Assembly (NCBI GenBank): GCA_027310505.1 | Contig: DAIDAS010000437.1 | Location: 1 to 26,785 of the forward strand | Direction: 5' to 3' | DNA length: 26,785 nt | DNA from: a bacterium | GTDB lineage: Bacteria > Pseudomonadota > Gammaproteobacteria > Burkholderiales > Methylophilaceae | Part shown: piece after piece, positions 8,524 to 16,503 of the stretch | How positions within the stretch are numbered: the stretch's first letter is position 1 | How the letters are laid out: each line of letters begins with the position of its first letter | The notes under the pieces: generated by a model | Seen by the model: only the letters and a program-made list of their open reading frames with translations | What the model was told of the DNA's origin: nothing | Database searches by the model: none | Program-made: the position numbers and the translations under genes

Positions 8524-8997
8524 TTAGAAAATCCAGCCATGACTGCCTGCCACCGCACCGGCTACAGTGACCAGACTCAGCGCCAGTAAAGCAATGTGCA
8601 TTCGAGTAATGAATGCAAATGTTGATTCCGGATTGACATGAGCACGTTCCAGCAACTTCCGTTTCATTACTGTGGGCTCAAGCACGAACAGCATGACGGT
8701 AAATATCATCCAAGTGATCGTCATGGCGTGCACCCACCAATACGACGGCTGGGTGTAACGGTTCCATGCATCCAGTACGTGGAGCATGTAAAAGCCAGAC
8801 AGACCCGTAATGAGCGTTGTGAGTCGTGCCTGCCGGGCAAATCTGCCCTCGATTTTCTCGAAGAAGAGAATGCGATCTTCCGGCTTAGTAAAATCCCGCA
8901 CTGCAGGTAAAAGTACCGTGGTCACCATAGCGACGCCACCGATCCATAGCACGACGCCCAGCACATGTACTACTCTAGCGACAATTAGACTTTCCAT
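8524..8997 (-). CDS. Conserved-looking 4-TM membrane protein (CopD/DUF4149-like fold), lower GC
   Basis: TM1 ARVVHVLGVVLWIGG; His at 11, 73, 90, 120, 134 and 153; C-terminal AGAVAGSHG. Confidence 0.75.
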   Translation of the reverse strand: MESLIVARVVHVLGVVLWIGGVAMVTTVLLPAVRDFTKPEDRILFFEKIEGRFARQARLTTLITGLSGFYMLHVLDAWNRYTQPSYWWVHAMTITWMIFTVMLFVLEPTVMKRKLLERAHVNPESTFAFITRMHIALLALSLVTVAGAVAGSHGWIF

Positions 8998-9010
8998 TTT
9001 CTAATCATTC

Positions 9011-9103
9011 ATGACACGCGCAGAACTCATTACCAAACTCGCCAATCGCTTTCCTCAGATGACTGATCAGGATGCTGAGATAACCGTCAAGAAAATCCCA
9101 TAA
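9011..9103 (+). pseudogene. Truncated IHF-beta/HU-like gene fragment (MTRAELITKLANRFPQMTDQDAEITVKKIP*)
   Basis: Hand-translated 30 aa resembling the N-terminus of betaproteobacterial IhfB (MTKSELI..LA.RFPQL..KDAE..VK.I). No GFGSF arm follows in any frame. Confidence 0.7.
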
Positions 9104-9144
9104 GTTAACTGCTGACCACTGAGACAGGTTCAAGCCATTACAAC

Positions 9145-9462
9145 CTAATTTCCAATGATGGTTTTATCTCTATATTCTCGCAAACCCTCCGGCATGGCCA
9201 TGGTTTCACGATCCCAATTTTCAATTGTAAGAATCTGGTCCAAGGTTTCTTCCATCGCGGCATGATTCTTTCGCAAAGTTTCAGCGATTAACTTGTGCAC
9301 TTCATCATTAACGGGATTGTTGCTAAGGCAATCCTGTTGATACAAATATAACTTGCGCATATCGAGAATTGCACGTGCAACTTGAGCAGGACAGGCGCAG
9401 ATGTAGATGACGGACGCGTCAATGATTCTCACAAGGGTTTCGTCATCAAATTTTTTTTCCAT
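9145..9462 (-). CDS. Hypothetical 105-aa helical protein with a CACP motif
   Basis: GGAG Shine-Dalgarno upstream of ATG 9462. YICACPAQV..., with Cys22, Cys24, Cys45, His56 and His67; low GC. Confidence 0.75.
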   Translation of the reverse strand: MEKKFDDETLVRIIDASVIYICACPAQVARAILDMRKLYLYQQDCLSNNPVNDEVHKLIAETLRKNHAAMEETLDQILTIENWDRETMAMPEGLREYRDKTIIGN

Positions 9463-9499
9463 GCTATATCTCCATAATGCCGCAATAAACTCTACAGAA

Positions 9500-9520
9500 G
9501 CGCCCCACCGAGTGGGGCGC
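9500..9520. repeat. Perfect 9-bp inverted repeat GCGCCCCAC-cga-GTGGGGCGC (possible terminator or recombination scar)
   Basis: Read directly. Followed by TTCTGT on the minus strand, which is only a weak U tail. Confidence 0.7.
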
Positions 9521-9721
9521 CACCAAACTCAACTATTTTTCGCCCTGCCAGCACATTGCTGATTTGTTTGTATATTCCGTTATTTTATTATGGATCCGCC
9601 GCCATAAAGCATCAATATGCGAGCGTCTATCGGTACTTCTAAATCCAGTTTCCCAAAACCTATTCGGCCCAAAGTGAATCTTAGTCAGATTGTGGTGACC
9701 AACCTCAATCAAGTGTTCCAT
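9519..9721 (-). pseudogene. 5' remnant of an iron-containing alcohol dehydrogenase (YqhD-like), with two +1 frameshifts and truncation
   Basis: Removing one base near 9655-9658 and one near 9582 gives MEHLIEVGHHNLTKIHFGPNRFGKLDLEVPIDARILMLYGGGSIIKNGIYKQISNVLAGRKIVEFGG, matching the YqhD N-terminal pattern (..PTRILFG...PHDARVLITYGGGS...EFGGIEPNP). TAAGGA Shine-Dalgarno at 9730-9735. Confidence 0.8.
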
Positions 9722-9775
9722 AGGCCTATTCCTTACTTAGCAAAAACTGTTGATATCCAATGCTAGTACTCTTGA

Positions 9776-10255
9776 TTAAGAGCCTTCCCACTTCTTCTGC
9801 CGGTGCCGGTAGCTCAGCAGAATGATCAATCCGGCCACGTTCGGCAACCACACCTGCGGCGACGCCCAAGGGATGCCATCGACCACGAAATCCGAAAACG
9901 GCCAGAAAATAGGCGTCGGAAAATAACGCAGGCTGTGGAACGGGAAATCCAGCACAATATGGAACGGCCAAGCCAGCATGGCGAAGGCGATGTCGCGCCG
10001 GAACAGCGCCACCATGCCAATCACCGGCAAGCAAATCACAAAGCTGTGCCAGATGTCGTAGGAGATGAACAGCCAGTGCGGCAACGTCGAAATCGAAGGT
10101 GGGCCAGGCTGATAGTGACCATCCAGCAACCGCAGCACCAGATAGGCACCGAACGACACCAGGTCGGGCAAGGCGCCGAACAATATTGCCAGCCAGGCAT
10201 GACGGCGGTAGCCGAATAGTCCGTAACCCCATAGGGCGTGGCTCAGGGTATCCAT
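9776..10255 (-). CDS. Membrane-bound metal-dependent hydrolase (YdjM/DUF457-like)
   Basis: MDTLSH start, GALPD, WHS, WPFHIVLDFPFH and FWP motifs with hydrophobic segments. Confidence 0.8.
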   Translation of the reverse strand: MDTLSHALWGYGLFGYRRHAWLAILFGALPDLVSFGAYLVLRLLDGHYQPGPPSISTLPHWLFISYDIWHSFVICLPVIGMVALFRRDIAFAMLAWPFHIVLDFPFHSLRYFPTPIFWPFSDFVVDGIPWASPQVWLPNVAGLIILLSYRHRQKKWEGS

Positions 10256-10337
10256 GACAGGAACTTCCATGTCGCTTGAGTGATACCAGCCAGTGTATTA
10301 CGCTAACCGCATATTCCACCAGATATAGTGTCCATTG

Positions 10338-11486
10338 ATGAAACGCCTCCTGGTCATTCTCGTCCTGCTTGCCGCCGTCGGCAGCGCCATCTGGTGGTTT
10401 ACACGACCCAAACCGCTTGCCGTGATCCTGACGGAGGTCGGCCGGGGCAAAGTGGAAGCCAGTATCGCCAACACCCGCGCCGGCACGGTGGAAGCCTGCC
10501 AGCGCACCAAGCTCTCGCCCATCATGGGCGGCCGCATTGCCTATCTGGGCGTGAAGGAAGGCGACCATGTCAAGAAAGGGCAGGTACTGATGCGCCTGTG
10601 GAACGAGGACCAGCTGGCACAGAGCGGAGTGGCGGAAAAGCAGGTGGAAACCGCCGGCAAACGTGTCGGTGAAATCTGCGCCCTGGCCGACAATGCAGCA
10701 CGCGAAGCCGATCGCACCTCACGCCTGCGGGCACGCGGCTTCATCTCCGAAGGGGCGGAAGACAAAGCCCGCAGCGACGCGGAATCACGCAAGGCTGCCT
10801 GCGCCACGGCCAGAGCCGAGGTCAGGCAGGCTGGCGCGCAGGTCACCCTGAGTCGCGTCGAGCAACACCGCACCGTGTTGATCGCACCGTTCGACGGCAT
10901 CGTGGCCGAAGTCGTCGGTGAGCTTGGCGAGTACACCACCCCTTCCCCGCCCGGTATCCCCACCCCCCCGGCGATCGACCTGATCGATCCGACCTGCCTG
11001 TACGTGAAAGCCCCCATGGATGAAGTCGATGCGCCCAAGATGCGGGTCGGCCAGAATGCCCGCATCACGCTGGATGCTTTCCCCGGCCAAGTATTCCCGG
11101 CCCGTGTGCGACGCGTCGCGCCTTACGTGATAGCGGTCGAAAAACAGGCACGCACCGTCGATGTCGAGGCTAATTTCGATCACCCCGAGGACATCCAGAA
11201 AATGCTGGTCGGCTACAGCGCGGACTTGGAAATTGTGCTCGACAACCGCGACAACGTGCTACGCGTGCCAACCTCGGCGTTGCTGGAAGGCGGCAAGGTG
11301 CTGCGCTACCAACCGGAAACCGGAAAACTGGAAGAACGCACGATCAAGACCGGCATCGCCAACTGGGAATACACCGAGGTACTGGATGGCCTGCAGCCAG
11401 GCGACCGCATCGTGGTGTCGCTGGAACGCGAAGGCGTCAAGGCGGGGGCGCTGGTCACACCGGAAACCAGAGCAGCGGGTAAATAA
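10338..11486 (+). CDS. Periplasmic adaptor (membrane fusion protein), MacA/HlyD-like
   Basis: N-terminal anchor, lipoyl-like GGRIAYLGVKEGDHVKKGQVL, coiled coil, LIAPFDGIV, MDEVD..K..VGQ.A.ITLDAFP and PGDRIV. Confidence 0.93.
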   Translation: MKRLLVILVLLAAVGSAIWWFTRPKPLAVILTEVGRGKVEASIANTRAGTVEACQRTKLSPIMGGRIAYLGVKEGDHVKKGQVLMRLWNEDQLAQSGVAEKQVETAGKRVGEICALADNAAREADRTSRLRARGFISEGAEDKARSDAESRKAACATARAEVRQAGAQVTLSRVEQHRTVLIAPFDGIVAEVVGELGEYTTPSPPGIPTPPAIDLIDPTCLYVKAPMDEVDAPKMRVGQNARITLDAFPGQVFPARVRRVAPYVIAVEKQARTVDVEANFDHPEDIQKMLVGYSADLEIVLDNRDNVLRVPTSALLEGGKVLRYQPETGKLEERTIKTGIANWEYTEVLDGLQPGDRIVVSLEREGVKAGALVTPETRAAGK

Positions 11487-11489
11487 CCC

Positions 11490-12173
11490 GTGTCTCTGAT
11501 CGAACTTTCCGGCATCGAACGCACCTTCCTGCTGGGCGACAGCGAAGTCCACGCCCTGCGCAGCATCAACCTCAGCATCACGCCTGGCGAGTATGTCGCC
11601 GTCATGGGGCCTTCGGGCTCAGGCAAATCCACGCTGCTCAACCTGCTGGGGTTGCTGGATCGCCCCGATGCCGGCACTTACCACCTCGAAGACCGCGATG
11701 TCACTACCCTGACGCCGGATGAACAGGCCAGGGTACGCAGCGAGCGCATCGGTTTCGTGTTCCAGAGCTTCCATCTGGTGCCGCGCCTCACCGCCGCCGC
11801 CAACGTCGAGCTGCCACTGATGCTGGCCGGCATCGTCCCCGCCGAACGCACCAAACGCGTATCCCAGGCACTTAAAGACTACGGCCTGACCGACCGTGCC
11901 CACCATCGGCCGGAGCAGCTATCCGGCGGACAGCGCCAGCGCGTGGCCATCGCCCGTGCCACGGTCATGCACCCGGCCGTGATTCTGGCCGACGAACCCA
12001 CCGGCAATCTCGACCGGGCCACCGGCGAGGATGTCGTCACCCTACTGGAAGGCCTCAACGCACAGGGCGTCACCCTGATTGTCGTCACCCACGACCAGAC
12101 GCTGGGCGCTCGCGCACGACGCCAGCTGGTGATGGAAGACGGCGCCATCGCCCGCGATAGCGGCAAGGGTTAG
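11490..12173 (+). CDS. ABC transporter ATP-binding protein, MacB/LolD-like
   Basis: Walker A GPSGSGKST, signature LSGGQRQRVAIARA, Walker B ILADEPTGNLD and H-loop VVTHD. GTG start. Confidence 0.96.
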   Translation: MSLIELSGIERTFLLGDSEVHALRSINLSITPGEYVAVMGPSGSGKSTLLNLLGLLDRPDAGTYHLEDRDVTTLTPDEQARVRSERIGFVFQSFHLVPRLTAAANVELPLMLAGIVPAERTKRVSQALKDYGLTDRAHHRPEQLSGGQRQRVAIARATVMHPAVILADEPTGNLDRATGEDVVTLLEGLNAQGVTLIVVTHDQTLGARARRQLVMEDGAIARDSGKG

Positions 12174-12175
12174 CC

Positions 12176-13384
12176 ATGCGATTATCCGATTCCCTGCGCT
12201 ATGCCCGTGATGCCGCTTCCGGCACGCCGCTACGCACGGGTCTGCTCATGCTTTCCATGGCGATCGGCGTAGCGGCAGTGGTGGTGCTGACCGCGCTCGG
12301 CGACGGCGCGCGCCGCTATGTGGTGGGGGAGTTTTCCGCCATCGGCAGCAACCTGGTGATCGTCCTGCCGGGCCGCTCGGAAACCCGCGGCTTCAACCCC
12401 GCCAACCTCATCACCAGCACTCCGCGCGACCTCACCGTGGAAGACGCGGCCGCCCTGTTGCGCATCCCCGGCGTGGAGAAGGTCACGCCGATCGTCATCG
12501 GCACCACCGAGATCAATGCCGGCGGCAAGCTGCGCGAATCCATGCTGGTCGGCACCAATGCCGACTTCATCAAGGTACGCCACCTCAAGCTGGCACTCGG
12601 GCGGTTTTTAACCCGCGACGATCTGGGGCACGGTTCGGCAGAAGTGGTGTTGGGCGCGCTGATCCGCGAAGAGCTGTTCGGCACCGAAAACCCGCTGGGC
12701 AAGACCGTGCGCATCGGCGGCCGACGCCTGCGCGTGGTCGGCGTGCTGACCGAGGGGGGCCAAGGCATGGGGATGACCACCGACGAACTGCTGATTATCC
12801 CGGTGGCCACCGCACAGGCCATGTTCAACACCAATACCCTGTTCCGTATCCTCATCGAGGCGCACAGCCGCGAACAGATCGGCGACGTGAAAGCGCGCGT
12901 ACTTAAACTGATCACGCAGCGCCACGAAGGCGAAGAAGACGTGACCGTCATCACACAGGATGCCGTGCTGCAGACTTTCGACAAGATCCTGAGCGTGCTG
13001 ACCCTGGGCGTGGCCGGTATCGCCGCCGTCAGCCTCGCCGTGGCCGGCATTCTGGTGATGAACGTCATGCTGGTTTCCGTGACGCAAAGAACCGCGGAAA
13101 TCGGCCTGCTCAAGGCGCTGGGGGCAACGGCCGCCACCATCCGCAACACGTTCCTGCTCGAAGCCGGTTTGCTCTCCCTGCTTGGCGCCTTCGCCGGCAT
13201 TGCCCTCGGGCACTTGGGCGCGGCCATCCTCCGGCATTTCTATCCCGCCTTTCCCGCCTATCCGCCCAACTGGGCCGTCTTGGCCGGCCTGGGCACCGCG
13301 CTGGCCGCCGGGCTGATTTTCGGCGTGATGCCTGCGCGGCGGGCGGCACGGCTGGATGCAGTACAAGCGTTGTCGAGAAGGTGA
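12176..13384 (+). CDS. ABC transporter permease 1 (MacB periplasmic core + FtsX-like)
   Basis: RTGLLMLSMAIGVAAVV, GILVMNVMLVSVTQRTAEIGLLKALGA and PARRAARLD motifs. Confidence 0.93.
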   Translation: MRLSDSLRYARDAASGTPLRTGLLMLSMAIGVAAVVVLTALGDGARRYVVGEFSAIGSNLVIVLPGRSETRGFNPANLITSTPRDLTVEDAAALLRIPGVEKVTPIVIGTTEINAGGKLRESMLVGTNADFIKVRHLKLALGRFLTRDDLGHGSAEVVLGALIREELFGTENPLGKTVRIGGRRLRVVGVLTEGGQGMGMTTDELLIIPVATAQAMFNTNTLFRILIEAHSREQIGDVKARVLKLITQRHEGEEDVTVITQDAVLQTFDKILSVLTLGVAGIAAVSLAVAGILVMNVMLVSVTQRTAEIGLLKALGATAATIRNTFLLEAGLLSLLGAFAGIALGHLGAAILRHFYPAFPAYPPNWAVLAGLGTALAAGLIFGVMPARRAARLDAVQALSRR

Positions 13385-13905
13385 ATATCGTGCACCCCCC
13401 GTTTGACGCCGATCTTCTCCTGCAACAGCCGCCCAGGTTGCTGTGCGATGAGATGCTGAAAGGGCTGGCGCGATGGCTGCGCGCCGCCGGCTACGATGTG
13501 AAAATGGAGCCTGATGGCACAGCAGACCGGCGCCTGGTGGAACGCGCCGCCATGGAGCGCCGCCTGCTGCTGACGCGCGACCGCACTCTGCTGGAGATTC
13601 GCGGGGCGCCGCGTGTCGTGGTACTGCTGAACGGCAACTGCATTGATGAATGCGCGGGCGAGTTGACCCACATCCTCAACATCGATTGGCTGTACCGCCC
13701 CTTCAGCCGCTGCCTGCTGTGCAATACCCCGCTGATTGAGATCGACAAGCCGTTCGGCTTCCCTCCTCACACCGAACATCTCTGCATTTGCCCTACCTGC
13801 GACAAATACTACTGGCGTGGCGGCCATGTCGAGCGCATGTCCCGCCGACTGAAATCGTGGCAAGCCTCGCCACTGATCACAATTGCTCAAGGCAAGCGCT
13901 CATGA
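13381..13905 (+). CDS. Mut7-C RNase-domain protein (PIN-like fold with Zn ribbon)
   Basis: LLCDEMLKGLARWLRAAGYD, LLTRDR, PFSRCLLCNTPL and CPTCDKYYWRGGHVERM (two CxxC). Overlaps both flanking permease genes by 4 nt. Confidence 0.9.
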   Translation: MNIVHPPFDADLLLQQPPRLLCDEMLKGLARWLRAAGYDVKMEPDGTADRRLVERAAMERRLLLTRDRTLLEIRGAPRVVVLLNGNCIDECAGELTHILNIDWLYRPFSRCLLCNTPLIEIDKPFGFPPHTEHLCICPTCDKYYWRGGHVERMSRRLKSWQASPLITIAQGKRS

Positions 13906-15104
13906 TCCTTGCCGACTCCGCCCGCTACGCCCTGCAAGCCATTACTTCTTACCGGTTGCGCAGTTTCCTCACGCTGCTGGGCATTGCGGTGGGCATCGCA
14001 GCGGTGATCCTGCTCACCTCCATCGGCGAAGGCGTGCACCGCTACGTGCTGAAAGAATTCACCCAGTTCGGCACCAACGTCATCGGCATTTCCCCCGGCA
14101 AGGTCAAGACCGGCGGACAACCGCCTTCAGGCATCCCGACCACGGCACGCCTGCTGACAATGGAAGACGCCGCCGCACTCAAGCAAATCCCGCACGTGAC
14201 CGGCTCCACGCCTACGGTCTGGGGTAACTCAGAAGTCGAAGGCAACGGCCGGCTGCGCCGCACCACGGTCTATGGTGTGGACGCCGATTTCAAACAGGTA
14301 TTCAGTTCGACGGTACGCATCGGCAGCTTCCTGCCGCGCGAAACGACTGGCAGCTCGCGCGCCTTCGTCGTGCTGGGCAGCAAGCTGCGCAATGAACTGT
14401 TCGGTAGCGAGAATCCCCTCGGCGCGCGGGTGCGCATCGGCGGCCTGCACTTCCGCGTGATCGGCGTGCTGGCACCGAAGGGACAGTTCCTCGGCATCGA
14501 CCTGGACGACACCGCGTTCATCCCCGCCGAGCGCGCGCTTGAAGTTTACAATCGTGAAGGCTTGATGGAGATCCACGTGACATACGCCGAAGGGGTACCT
14601 TCGTCCAAGGTGGCCGCCGCGATCAAGGAGCGGCTCAAGCTGCGCCACGGGCGTGAGGACTTCACCATCATCACGCAGGAAGACATGCTGAAAACCCTCT
14701 CCAACATCCTCGACATCCTGACCATGGCGGTGGGTGCGCTGGGCGGCATTTCGCTGGTGGTGGGCGGGGTAGGCATCGTCACCATCATGACCATCGCGGT
14801 AACCGAACGCACCCATGAAATCGGCCTGCTGGTCGCCATGGGGGCACGACGCAGAACGGTACTTGGGCTATTTCTTGGCGAATCGGTATTGCTGGCGGCG
14901 CTGGGTGGCCTCATGGGGCTGATATTGGGTGCCGGCACAGCCCAGATGCTGCGCCTGGCGCTGCCCGACCTGCCGGTGCATACCCCCTGGAATTACGCGC
15001 TGGGGGCTGAAATCATGGCGGCCAGCATCGGCCTGCTGGCGGGCGTATTGCCGGCGCGCCACGCGGCACGGCTGGATCCGATCGAAGCATTGAGAACGGA
15101 ATAA
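13902..15104 (+). CDS. ABC transporter permease 2 (MacB/FtsX-like)
   Basis: RSFLTLLGIAVGIAAVI, GGVGIVTIMTIAVTERTHEIGLLVAMGA and PARHAARLDPIEALRTE. ATG 13902 in an ATGA overlap. Confidence 0.93.
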   Translation: MILADSARYALQAITSYRLRSFLTLLGIAVGIAAVILLTSIGEGVHRYVLKEFTQFGTNVIGISPGKVKTGGQPPSGIPTTARLLTMEDAAALKQIPHVTGSTPTVWGNSEVEGNGRLRRTTVYGVDADFKQVFSSTVRIGSFLPRETTGSSRAFVVLGSKLRNELFGSENPLGARVRIGGLHFRVIGVLAPKGQFLGIDLDDTAFIPAERALEVYNREGLMEIHVTYAEGVPSSKVAAAIKERLKLRHGREDFTIITQEDMLKTLSNILDILTMAVGALGGISLVVGGVGIVTIMTIAVTERTHEIGLLVAMGARRRTVLGLFLGESVLLAALGGLMGLILGAGTAQMLRLALPDLPVHTPWNYALGAEIMAASIGLLAGVLPARHAARLDPIEALRTE

Positions 15105-15108
15105 ACAC

Positions 15109-16443
15109 ATGCAACGCACCCGTATCGTCATCATGGGCGCCGCCGGGCGCGATTTTCACAATTTCAACGTCGTGTATCGCGACGACCCATCGGTCGAAAT
15201 CATTGCCTTCACCGCGGCCCAGATCGCCGGCATCGCCAGTCGCCGCTATCCGCCATCGCTGGCAGGTGCCCATTACCCACAAGGCATCCCCATCGTCGAA
15301 GAAAGCGCCCTGGAAACCCTGTGCCGCGAGCGCGACCTCGATCAGGTCGTATTCGCCTACAGTGACCTGCCGCACGTCGAAGTCATGCACCGTGCCTCGC
15401 GCGCCCTGGCAATCGGGGCCGATTTCGTGCTGCTCGGCCCGAACCGCACCATGCTGCAATCCAGCGTCCCGGTGATTGCCATCTCTGCCGTGCGCACCGG
15501 CTGCGGCAAGTCGCAGACCACGCGCTGGCTCTCCGGCCTGCTGCGCCATCACGGCCTGCGTGTCGCCGTGGTGCGCCATCCCATGCCATATGGCGTATTG
15601 GAGCGCGAAGCCGTGCAACGCTTCGCTACGCTGGAAGACCTCACGACGGCCGACTGCACCATCGAAGAGCGCGAAGAGTACGAGCCGCACCTGGCTGCCG
15701 GCAACATCGTCTTCGCCGGTGTCGATTACGCCCGCATCCTGGCGCTCGCCGAGCAAGAAGCCGACATTATCCTGTGGGATGGCGGCAACAACGACTTTCC
15801 TTTTTTTCGACCCAGCCTCCATCTCGTGCTGGTCGATGCCTTGCGCCCGGGCCATGAAACCACCTACCACCCCGGCGAAACCGTGCTGCGCATGGCCAAC
15901 ATCGTCGTCGTCGCCAAGTCCGACAACGCTTCGACCGAAACACTGCAGCAACTTGAAGCCGACGTACGCCGCGTCAACCCCTCTGCGGCATTGACACGGG
16001 CCACCTCGCCGCTACGCATCGAAGGCAACCCTGACCTGCGCGGCAAGCATGTCGTCATCGTGGAAGACGGTCCGACCCTCACCCATGGCGGCATGCCCTA
16101 TGGCGCCGGCTATGTCGCGGCAAAGCAGGCCGGTGCGATCCCCGTCGACCCGCGCCCTTATGCCGCGCCCGAAATCGCTGGCGCCTATGCGGCATATCCG
16201 CACATCGGCCCGGTATTGCCGGCGCTCGGCTACAGCCATGCACAACTGGCGGCCCTGAAAGCCACGCTGGAAAATGCCAGCGCCGACGTCATCCTTGTCG
16301 CCACTCCCATCGATCTCGGCACCCTGCTGGGCATGCCGAATGTCATCCGGGTGCACTACGACTTTGCCGAAGCCTCGGGGCATGGACTGGGCGAGATGGT
16401 GCAAGAGTTTCTCGCAGGACTGCGGTCGCGCAGCATGCCATGA
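15109..16443 (+). CDS. COG2403 P-loop ligase (often labelled cyclic 2,3-diphosphoglycerate synthetase-like or GTPase); probably of the arginine synthetase ArcE type
   Basis: IMGAAGRDFHNFN N-terminus, AVRTGCGKSQT P-loop, RHPMPYG, CTIEEREEYEPH, WDGGNND, VEDGPTLTHGGM and LPALGY. Confidence 0.8.
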   Translation: MQRTRIVIMGAAGRDFHNFNVVYRDDPSVEIIAFTAAQIAGIASRRYPPSLAGAHYPQGIPIVEESALETLCRERDLDQVVFAYSDLPHVEVMHRASRALAIGADFVLLGPNRTMLQSSVPVIAISAVRTGCGKSQTTRWLSGLLRHHGLRVAVVRHPMPYGVLEREAVQRFATLEDLTTADCTIEEREEYEPHLAAGNIVFAGVDYARILALAEQEADIILWDGGNNDFPFFRPSLHLVLVDALRPGHETTYHPGETVLRMANIVVVAKSDNASTETLQQLEADVRRVNPSAALTRATSPLRIEGNPDLRGKHVVIVEDGPTLTHGGMPYGAGYVAAKQAGAIPVDPRPYAAPEIAGAYAAYPHIGPVLPALGYSHAQLAALKATLENASADVILVATPIDLGTLLGMPNVIRVHYDFAEASGHGLGEMVQEFLAGLRSRSMP

Positions 16444-16503
16444 AACGATTCTGCTACCATGCCCAGAATCAGCAACACCACGCACCGGTACACTGGTAAC
16501 CAC

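Noticed and set aside
8470-8530. Possible integron attC site after the 157-aa gene (CTAAC ... GTTAA on the minus strand)
   Set aside because: The core sites deviate from RYYYAAC/GTTRRRY, the internal dyad is poor, there is no second copy, and no integrase is in the window.
9533-9721. 62-aa ORF as a genuine small protein
   Set aside because: It is better explained as the first frame of the frameshifted YqhD-like remnant.
9726-10568. 280-aa minus-strand ORF
   Set aside because: It overlaps the hydrolase out of frame and the adaptor gene antisense, with no family features.
12316-13366. 303-aa and 252-aa minus-strand ORFs
   Set aside because: Antisense shadows of permease 1.
13788-13901. N-terminal extension of permease 2 given in the ORF track
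   Set aside because: It overlaps the Mut7-C Zn-ribbon region; ATG 13902 gives a standard MacB-type N-terminus and an ATGA coupling.
15109-16443. Calling this gene a true cyclic 2,3-diphosphoglycerate synthetase (cpgS)
   Set aside because: It lacks the DGEHY-type N-terminus I associate with the characterised enzyme, and no 2-phosphoglycerate kinase gene is nearby.
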